DNA of 64,000 nucleotides from a virus. The stretch covers positions 95,511 through 159,510 of the IMG/VR virus record IMGVR_UViG_3300044535_002275; one strand, written 5' to 3'. Of the stretch, positions 56,747 through 64,000 are shown one piece after another. The notes under the pieces are model-generated. The model saw nothing but the letters and a program-made list of their open reading frames with translations. It searched no databases and was not told the DNA's origin. The position numbers were made by a program, and so were the translations under genes. Each line of letters begins with the position of its first letter. Position 1 is the stretch's first letter.

Positions 56747-57586
56747 TTATAGGCCGACAGATTTTTCTTCGATATAGTCTGAGTCAATAATTACAGAATC
56801 TACAGAAGTTGTTGTAGTATTGCCAGCCAAACGATCTACAACATCACGTATTTCGCCAACAACCAAAGATTGTGCTTGTGCAAAGTCCTTGTTCTTGATA
56901 CAATCAACTAAAGTTGATAAATGCTTGCTGAGATCAGCTACCATAGAACGTTCCGAGTCGTTGCTGAACATGCTGCCAGTTTCAACTTCTTCTACAGTTT
57001 CTTTGATTTCTAAAACACTGTTAAAAATTTCAATCAGTTTATTGGTGGCTGCTGCATTATTGGCAGCACTAGGATAAATGGTTTTGATTAAACCGGCCTT
57101 TTGTTCCGGTGTCATTTCCGGCCACTTGGCACGTATTTCTGTAGCCGACGTCATACCTGGTCCGAACTGCGACACTGGCAAGTAAGCCATATAACCGTGT
57201 TGGCTCATTGGTGCCAATCCAGTTCTCTTGTAAGGTTGTAGATACGCAGGTTCGCCGTTTTTCTTAATGCCACCAGGTTTGGGATTTTGATCTTGATCCT
57301 TTTCGCTGCGAACAAAAATTAATTGTGTGTCGGCAGGATCGTAGATCTGAGTAATTTCTTCGGCACTAAAAGGACTTTTAACCTGGATGAATCTATTGGC
57401 AGGGACACCAGCTGCTTGTGCCAGCATCTTTTTAAGATTGAACGGAAAAGGTCTTGTGGCTGTGTCGGCAGTGGCTGCAACAAATACATCAGCTGAAGGA
57501 AATGCTGCTTGAGCAGCATGATACAATGCAGTGTGTCCTGCATGCCAGGGATGAAATCCGCCGGGCATAATAACTAATTTTTTCAT
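56747..57586 (-). CDS. HIGH-type nucleotidyltransferase-like protein
   Basis: PGGFHPWHAGH, TSATEIR. Confidence 0.75.
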   Translation of the reverse strand: MKKLVIMPGGFHPWHAGHTALYHAAQAAFPSADVFVAATADTATRPFPFNLKKMLAQAAGVPANRFIQVKSPFSAEEITQIYDPADTQLIFVRSEKDQDQNPKPGGIKKNGEPAYLQPYKRTGLAPMSQHGYMAYLPVSQFGPGMTSATEIRAKWPEMTPEQKAGLIKTIYPSAANNAAATNKLIEIFNSVLEIKETVEEVETGSMFSNDSERSMVADLSKHLSTLVDCIKNKDFAQAQSLVVGEIRDVVDRLAGNTTTTSVDSVIIDSDYIEEKSVGL

Positions 57587-57663
57587 TGGGTTTGACCTGT
57601 TTATTTGATGTATTTATTAGCACTACATATTTTCCAATATCCGTATAAACAGGAAAGTCAGTA

Positions 57664-58032
57664 TCAATAACTTAGTGCAAGTTTGGTAATGGTACCAGCA
57701 GAAAAATCTTCTACTCTGGCACGAATCCATACAAAGTTGCCGGTGATGTTGCGAGAAAAATTTATTGTTCTAGCAGTAGCAACTGCATCAAACGACTCAA
57801 CTTCAAACCAGCTGGCGTCGTTGATTGGATTTTGGTCCAGTGTAGCTTGTATGCGTATCAACCCTTGAAAATTCAATAGATAAAATGCCACGGTTTGAAG
57901 ATCACCAAAACCGCCGTAATAGTTGGCTGCCTGTTGTTGATCTCCTGCCCAGTCTACGCTGCTGCCGTCATAATTGCCGGACGGAGTTCCGTATGTAGTA
58001 GTGGGTAACAGTTGTAGAGTTGTAGTTTTCAT
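57664..58032 (-). CDS. hypothetical, possibly virion beta-strand protein
   Basis: GNFVWIRA. Confidence 0.7.
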   Translation of the reverse strand: MKTTTLQLLPTTTYGTPSGNYDGSSVDWAGDQQQAANYYGGFGDLQTVAFYLLNFQGLIRIQATLDQNPINDASWFEVESFDAVATARTINFSRNITGNFVWIRARVEDFSAGTITKLALSY

Positions 58033-58196
58033 TGTGCAGATTCGACTTCAACAACAATACCAGAGCCGGCCAGCTCTTCGGCTACTGAAGCTAATGCTGC
58101 CACAATGTCAACGGTGGCGATGGTAGCAGCATGATCAGAATCTTTGACCAATTTGCTGAACGTGATTACAACAGATTCTGTGTGTATTTTTGCCAT
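58029..58196 (-). CDS. 55-aa hypothetical protein (not in ORF track)
   Basis: AGGA RBS; MAKIHTESVVITFSKLVKD; ATGA overlap. Confidence 0.7.
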   Translation of the reverse strand: MAKIHTESVVITFSKLVKDSDHAATIATVDIVAALASVAEELAGSGIVVEVESAQ

Positions 58197-58197
58197 T

Positions 58198-58965
58198 TTA
58201 ATTTCCTGAGGAATAGTTAGTTGAATTATTTACCTCTACTATCGGCATAGTTTTACGTATGATACCCGACTTGATCAATTCCAGCATTACAATCTCAGTA
58301 GCGTTATTATGATCAATAAAATGACTTCTCTGCAGCCACGGCAAAGAACTCAGGCACCATCTTTGTAACGCAGGACTTAATCGCCAGTCAGACTGGGAAA
58401 ACAAATACTCACTGAGTGAACGATGTTCACTGTCTGTTATGCGACTGTCATTGAGATATGTTCGATAGCGATGCGAGCTTTTTCGTAGAGATATTGTATT
58501 TTTTTGGCGTACAACGTTTGCTTGAAAAATATAATTGGTATTAAGATAAGGTTTTTTTATTAAGGAATTCAATAAATCAATGTCGTTGCTGTATATATAT
58601 CCGCTATCTCCTGATACAATTAGCTTGACTTGACGTTTGTATAAAAATAACAGTTCTGCTAAATCAGCTAAATTTTTAGTGCAGTCATTTATAAAATCAT
58701 CACAATCAATATCGTTGTCTTTTGGAATCTGCAATGACTGATGAGCAAACCATTGTCGCCAACGCATTCTGCGTCCGTAGCGTTTTTTTACTTCGTTGAG
58801 AGTTTGAGATAGAGTTAAATTCTCTTTTACTATTGTTCTAAGACACCAAAAATGCAACATTCCGAAACTAACGCCGTAAGAATACTGATCATAAAATAAT
58901 CGATCAGTATTCTTTTGTTTTATTTTAACTTCTGGGTTTAAAGCGATCAATGACGATAAATCCAT
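58198..58965 (-). CDS. hypothetical protein
   Basis: long ORF overlapping the clpA 3' end. Confidence 0.7.
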   Translation of the reverse strand: MDLSSLIALNPEVKIKQKNTDRLFYDQYSYGVSFGMLHFWCLRTIVKENLTLSQTLNEVKKRYGRRMRWRQWFAHQSLQIPKDNDIDCDDFINDCTKNLADLAELLFLYKRQVKLIVSGDSGYIYSNDIDLLNSLIKKPYLNTNYIFQANVVRQKNTISLRKSSHRYRTYLNDSRITDSEHRSLSEYLFSQSDWRLSPALQRWCLSSLPWLQRSHFIDHNNATEIVMLELIKSGIIRKTMPIVEVNNSTNYSSGN

Positions 58966-61228
58966 TATTATCCACTGTTGGTAAATTAACAGAAGGAGCT
59001 GTAGCAACATCGCTGATCAAGCTCAATTCTCCATCAACTACATCTGCTGAAATACTGCAGTCGTGCAGTTGATTGAACAGAATTTTTTTACTGAGTGGAA
59101 CTCTAATTAATTGGTCGATTTTACGTCCTAGAGGTCTAGCACCCATCTTGCTGTCATATCCTTGTTCCGCCAATAGTTCAACGGCTGCTTCTGTAAGATT
59201 TAATTTGATATTCTTTGCGTTTAAACTCTGACGCAATTCATCTACAAACTTTACAACTACCTTCTTGATACTCAGCATGTCAAGTTTGTTAAACTTACAG
59301 ACCAAATCAATTCGGTTACGTAATTCTGGTTTAAAGAATTCTTTCATAGCACGATCTTCGCTGCCTACACGCTCGAGCTCTTGTCCGAAACCAATGTTGT
59401 TGTTTTCGTTGTCTCTGGCACCCAGGTTAGAAGTCATGATCACAATGGTATTTTTGCAGTCTACAGTTTTGCCGTTACTGCTGGTAATACGTGCTTCGTC
59501 TAACAACTGTAATAAAATGTTTGTAACGTCTGGATGAGCCTTTTCGATTTCGTCAAACAACAAGATGCTGAAAGGATTTTTGCTGATATCGCTGATAAGT
59601 TTGCCGCCGCCGAGATTACCGTCTTCGAATCCAACATAACCCGGGGGAGCCCCAATAAGACTGGAAACTGTGTGACGTTCTTGATATTCGCTCATGTCGT
59701 ACTTTAACAAAGTCATGTCTAGATTCTGACTCAGTAATTTGGCCATCTCGGTTTTACCTGTACCAGTAGGGCCAAGAAACAAGAAACTGGCCATGGGACG
59801 TTTTTCATTACCGATACCAGCAAAACTGATGTAAACACGTTCTAGAACCTGGTCGACTACGGCATCTTGTCCGTAAAGTTTTTGTTTGATATTGGTTTCT
59901 AGGTCAGCAATTCTATGACTATCATTGCTGTTGCTGGTATTGTTTAAACGATCCATAGGAACACCAGTGACTCTACTGACTTGCTGCATAATAAGATCTG
60001 CTGTGACAGTAATAGTACCAGCATCTTTCACACGTTCTCTAGCACAAGCAGCGTCAATCAAGTCAATTGACTTGTCGGGATTCTTTTTGTCAGTTAAAAA
60101 TCTTGTACCAAGTGATACAGCAGTTTCGATTGCATCAGTATCGATCATAACGTTATGGAACTTCTCTAGCCGCGGACTTAGACCGATTAAGATTTTTTCT
60201 GTGGTTTCTGCATCCGGTTCATCTACTGCCAAACGATAAAATCTGCGCATCAGCGCACGATCCTTTTCAAAACTTTCGTAGTATTCTTCCCAGGTAGTGC
60301 TGGCAATGACCTTGAGATAGCCTTTGGTAATAGCCGGCTTCAACATGTTAGCAAAGTCTAGGGTAGATGATCCAGAAGCTCCGGCACCGCGCATGGTATG
60401 TGCTTCGTCAATGAACAACACACAATTTTTCTTAGCTTCTAATGCAGCTAGTACTTGTTTAATTTTTTCTTCGAATTCGCCGCGATATTTTGAACCAGCC
60501 AACAAACTGCCAATTTCTAAACTCCAAACTTCATTGCCTTTAAGGAATTCTGGAATTTGGCCAGTGCTAATGCGTTGTGCTAGTCCGTCAATGATGGCAG
60601 TTTTACCAACACCGGGTTCACCTACCATCAGCACATTGGCCTTGAATCTACGAGCCAAAACTGTAACCATTTCTTCAATTTCTGTTTCTCTGCCAATCAC
60701 TGGTTCTAATCGATCTTCGGCTGCTAAACGGGTAATGTTGGTGCAGTATTCCTCCAATACTTCATTGGCTTGCTGCGTGTCAAGAGTGTAGCTGTTGGCG
60801 CTGTAATTTTTCTCCCAGAAATGTACAAATTCTGCTTTGGTCACTCCATATTTTAACAAAAAGTATTGAGCATGGCTGTTGCTTTCACCCATAATAGCCA
60901 GGTATAGATCAGCAGTAGTTACAATTCTGCGGCCAGTAAACAAGACCTGTGTTAGAGCACGATTAAACACCCGTTCCAAGGCATTGGTTTTTCTAGGTGT
61001 TATATCTTTGTTGGTTTTAGTGAGATGGTCCAAAGAATCTAAATACCTCGAAACATCTACTTGCATGTGGGTTATATCAGTACCAAACTTTTCCAGCACA
61101 GCTCGAAATGGTGCATGAGTGATCATGGCCATTAACAGATGTTCAGTTAACACATATTCATGCCGACGTTCTTTGGCAATCCTAACTGCGTCTTCGATAA
61201 TTTTTTCAATCTCAGGGTTGTTCTGCAT
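58925..61228 (-). CDS. clpA: ClpA-like AAA+ chaperone
   Basis: Clp N-domain, GEPGVGKT, GPTGTGKT, no ClpB M-domain. Confidence 0.92.
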   Translation of the reverse strand: MQNNPEIEKIIEDAVRIAKERRHEYVLTEHLLMAMITHAPFRAVLEKFGTDITHMQVDVSRYLDSLDHLTKTNKDITPRKTNALERVFNRALTQVLFTGRRIVTTADLYLAIMGESNSHAQYFLLKYGVTKAEFVHFWEKNYSANSYTLDTQQANEVLEEYCTNITRLAAEDRLEPVIGRETEIEEMVTVLARRFKANVLMVGEPGVGKTAIIDGLAQRISTGQIPEFLKGNEVWSLEIGSLLAGSKYRGEFEEKIKQVLAALEAKKNCVLFIDEAHTMRGAGASGSSTLDFANMLKPAITKGYLKVIASTTWEEYYESFEKDRALMRRFYRLAVDEPDAETTEKILIGLSPRLEKFHNVMIDTDAIETAVSLGTRFLTDKKNPDKSIDLIDAACARERVKDAGTITVTADLIMQQVSRVTGVPMDRLNNTSNSNDSHRIADLETNIKQKLYGQDAVVDQVLERVYISFAGIGNEKRPMASFLFLGPTGTGKTEMAKLLSQNLDMTLLKYDMSEYQERHTVSSLIGAPPGYVGFEDGNLGGGKLISDISKNPFSILLFDEIEKAHPDVTNILLQLLDEARITSSNGKTVDCKNTIVIMTSNLGARDNENNNIGFGQELERVGSEDRAMKEFFKPELRNRIDLVCKFNKLDMLSIKKVVVKFVDELRQSLNAKNIKLNLTEAAVELLAEQGYDSKMGARPLGRKIDQLIRVPLSKKILFNQLHDCSISADVVDGELSLISDVATAPSVNLPTVDNNGFIVIDRFKPRS

Positions 61229-61658
61229 TTTGTTCCTTGTATCGGTCCCACATTGTAATACCGTTTAAATGATCTAATTCATGTTGAAAACAACGACTAG
61301 CTAATCCTGTTAACTGTTCGACATGCTCACAGTTAACAGCATCCCTGTAACGTACTGTTATCAAATCAGGTCGTTTTATTATACACGATTCTCCTTTAAA
61401 ACTCAAGCAACCTTCTTCGAAATCCACTAGGTCTTGACTCGATTCGATAATTTCGGGATTGAAACACGACCATTTGCTTTGATCAATTTTCATGACAAAA
61501 CAACGGTCTCTGAGGCCTACCTGATTCGCAGCCAAACCAATGGCATTTTCGGTCTGCATCAATCGATGCAGTCTTTCTGCCAAATCTTCATTGTACCAGC
61601 AATTGCTGAGATTCATGAGCTTGAGCTTGAGCATGAGTGTTCTGCGAGTTAAATGCAT
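61212..61658 (-). CDS. def: peptide deformylase
   Basis: GLAANQVG, EGCLS, QHELDHLNG. Confidence 0.95.
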   Translation of the reverse strand: MHLTRRTLMLKLKLMNLSNCWYNEDLAERLHRLMQTENAIGLAANQVGLRDRCFVMKIDQSKWSCFNPEIIESSQDLVDFEEGCLSFKGESCIIKRPDLITVRYRDAVNCEHVEQLTGLASRCFQHELDHLNGITMWDRYKEQNAEQP

Positions 61659-61669
61659 ATACTGCCTAT

Positions 61670-62452
61670 TTATTTTGATTTAAATTTGCGTATGGCTTCT
61701 ATAAGTTCTGCATCAACAGGACGTTGTATTCTTGCGTGTAATCTTACCAAGAGATCTCCTGGAGGACGATTTATACGATTTCCGGGTAATGCTCGTTCAG
61801 GAAATCCTCGACCTTTGGCTCGCAGTATAGCATTAGGTTGAGTCTGCGGAGGAACTGTCAGTATCAACTCATTGCCCTGCAAGTCGCGAACAGTCAACTC
61901 TGTACCAAGTACCAGGTCCCAAATATCAATCGTTCGTTCAGTAACAAGATTTAGTCCATCTCTATACCATCCAGATTCTGGTCTGATTCGAAAGTTAATT
62001 ATGAGATCTTGGCCGTCGGGCGCAAGTTTATTATAGCGCAGAGTATCGTTGTCTTGTATGCCAGCCGGAATAGAAATTTCTATATTAGAAACGCTGGGCC
62101 CAACTTGTATAGCTACTGTTCTATTGCCGCCAGTTAGGGCATCGTTTAAAGAAATCCACAAAGAAATGCGTGGTGTTGACCGTCTTGCGCCTCGGAGATC
62201 GGCACCAAACATGTCAAATATAGCATCGAAGTCAAATCCACCACTGCTCGAAAATTGCGATCTAGGATTATCGTACTGTTGACGTTTGGCTTCGTCTGAT
62301 AAAACAGCATAAGCTTCTTGTATCTCTTGAAACTTACCAACATCTCCGCCGCGATCAGGATGATGTTTCATGGCCAAAGATCTATATGCCTGCTTGATGT
62401 CGGCGGCAGTAGATGTTTTAGGTACTCCAAGTGTTTGATAGTAATCTTTCAC
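61670..62452 (-). CDS. dnaJ: DnaJ/CbpA-type co-chaperone (no Zn finger)
   Basis: [17 protein letters not shown]. Confidence 0.9.
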   Translation of the reverse strand: MKDYYQTLGVPKTSTAADIKQAYRSLAMKHHPDRGGDVGKFQEIQEAYAVLSDEAKRQQYDNPRSQFSSSGGFDFDAIFDMFGADLRGARRSTPRISLWISLNDALTGGNRTVAIQVGPSVSNIEISIPAGIQDNDTLRYNKLAPDGQDLIINFRIRPESGWYRDGLNLVTERTIDIWDLVLGTELTVRDLQGNELILTVPPQTQPNAILRAKGRGFPERALPGNRINRPPGDLLVRLHARIQRPVDAELIEAIRKFKSK

Positions 62453-62511
62453 ACGTTAATTATAACACAGAATTGTTAATAGTACAACTGTTGCACTTAT
62501 CCGTATAATTA

Positions 62512-63168
62512 TTAATCTTTTAATTTTTCACGAACCATTGGCAATAATAAATCAGCTGCTGCTCGATGTGCAGGCTCCAATGGATGCTTATTGGAACTGA
62601 TTTCAAAATCATTGTCATAACTCCATTCTAAGAATGTTTGTCCATTGAATGTATTCATATAAGGCAGTATTTGATCTTGTAAATCCGTTACTGCAGGAGT
62701 AGTATGCCATTCTTTTTCAAACAGCAAAGGGTCCATGTAAGTCATTACAAACGGTATTTGCTTATCAGACAAAACGTCAATGGCTGTTTTTATATAAACA
62801 AGCGAAGTTAGTTTGTCTTTGAATTGAGAATGAAAATCTCGATAATAACTACGAGACTGATCTGTATTATTTCCCGGCAACACAGTTTCCCATGTGTCTG
62901 AATGGTCAGTATAATCAAATCGATCTATGTAGGACCATCCGATTATAAAAAGATCTTTTTCATTGCAAGCAGCTTGAGTTAGTACTCGTTCCAGTATTCT
63001 TAAATTACCAGATCCAGGACGAGCATAACACGAATACTTTAATTCTAATTTGCGAGACAGCACAGCCGGCCAGGAATACAGACTATAAGTAGCATGTCCT
63101 CCGTATCTTCCGTCGTCAGATAAATCGCTTCCAAAAATAAAACTGCACCCAAAGCTTTTGAGAATCAT
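62512..63168 (-). CDS. SGNH-like hypothetical protein
   Basis: FGCSFIFG, GSGN, HPLEPAH. Confidence 0.7.
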   Translation of the reverse strand: MILKSFGCSFIFGSDLSDDGRYGGHATYSLYSWPAVLSRKLELKYSCYARPGSGNLRILERVLTQAACNEKDLFIIGWSYIDRFDYTDHSDTWETVLPGNNTDQSRSYYRDFHSQFKDKLTSLVYIKTAIDVLSDKQIPFVMTYMDPLLFEKEWHTTPAVTDLQDQILPYMNTFNGQTFLEWSYDNDFEISSNKHPLEPAHRAAADLLLPMVREKLKD

Positions 63169-63196
63169 TGAATTTTAAAATAAAAGTTAGTTGTGT

Positions 63197-63739
63197 TTAT
63201 ATACCGGCTGCAGCCTGAAGTTGTAAAATATCTTTTTCTCGATCGTGAATTTGAACTGTATCAAGTCCTGCAGCAGCACGCATTTCGTTGAGACCTTTTT
63301 CGGTCAGCTGTCGGTAATCTGCTGGGCTTAAAGGTACTGTTTTTTCAAACTCTTCAACTGAAAAAGGATGTTGTTTTTTGCGGTGTACTAAGGTCCAGTC
63401 CTTGGGCGAGTATTCAGTTAATGTTGATAAATCGTCGATTGCTTCTGATAATTTCCGACCTGCACTGCTACGTCTACGTAATTCGATATACACAAGATAT
63501 CTTCCAGGTTTGATTTCTCCGGGACTTGTAGCAGCATCCAGCACCCAATCGTAACCTTTCTCAAACCAATTTTCAAGATCTCGAGCTGCTTGCAGGCTAC
63601 GAACATAAAAACTGGCCACAATAATATCGTCATCTTCACCCATCTTGCTGGCAAATTCATCGATGTGAATAGTTGGCTTCATCATACCAACCAGATCTTT
63701 ATAATCAAGACCTTCACTGAGCTGTTGTTTCTGTGTCAT
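63197..63739 (-). CDS. hypothetical protein
   Basis: IHIDEFASKMGEDDD. Confidence 0.8.
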   Translation of the reverse strand: MTQKQQLSEGLDYKDLVGMMKPTIHIDEFASKMGEDDDIIVASFYVRSLQAARDLENWFEKGYDWVLDAATSPGEIKPGRYLVYIELRRRSSAGRKLSEAIDDLSTLTEYSPKDWTLVHRKKQHPFSVEEFEKTVPLSPADYRQLTEKGLNEMRAAAGLDTVQIHDREKDILQLQAAAGI

Positions 63740-64000
63740 CTTGTTTGAATTCCTGTTGATCTAAATCTTCTTCGTAAGCTGCATCTAAGTCTTCTAGATC
63801 AATTGTTTGATCTTCTAGTTCGATACTGCCTGTGCGTATGTCAGCCATTAGAGATTTAGGAATAGTAATTTCCACTAACCACACTATTTTATCAACTAGT
63901 CGTGCTTTGTGTGTTCCCGGACGAAAGTCATCGGGTTCAGTAATTTTGATAGGTATTTTGATTGTGGTTTTTTTGTATTTTACTTTACAATCAAACGGCA
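63714..64000 (-). CDS. partial hypothetical protein (5' end outside window)
   Basis: open frame ...PDDFRPGTHKARL...VWLVEITIPK. Confidence 0.7.
   Translation of the reverse strand, partial: PFDCKVKYKKTTIKIPIKITEPDDFRPGTHKARLVDKIVWLVEITIPKSLMADIRTGSIELEDQTIDLEDLDAAYEEDLDQQEFKQDDTETTAQ

Overview
64 kb from a large T4-like (jumbo) dsDNA phage. The host is probably Gram-negative, judged from spanins and sigma70 promoters. Almost all genes are on the minus strand. 1-10.3 kb: 26 tRNA genes covering all 20 amino acids, interleaved with putative structured ncRNAs and a plus-strand lysis cassette (holin, GH19 endolysin, two spanins). 10.5-17 kb: small hypothetical genes, including ten tandem paralogs ending in F-x-L-[KR]-W. 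17-41 kb: RNase H-type exonuclease, a 7-deazaguanine DNA-modification set (folE, queD, queE, dpdL-like, dpdA-like), sugar enzymes (kdsA, glf, galE, glycosyl- and methyltransferases), sliding clamp and family B polymerase. 46-56 kb: probable head-packaged proteins with T4-like capsid-targeting N-termini. 58-63 kb: clpA, def, dnaJ. Best candidate for a new system: an unannotated 46-codon leader ORF (9068-8928) that contains all 20 amino acids and whose last codons form a 13-bp antiterminator against a terminator at the head of the tRNA array. This looks like a ribosome-sensed, any-codon attenuator of phage tRNA supply. Second candidate: a preQ1-I-like riboswitch upstream of queD. All calls come from reading motifs by eye; no searches or folding programs were run.
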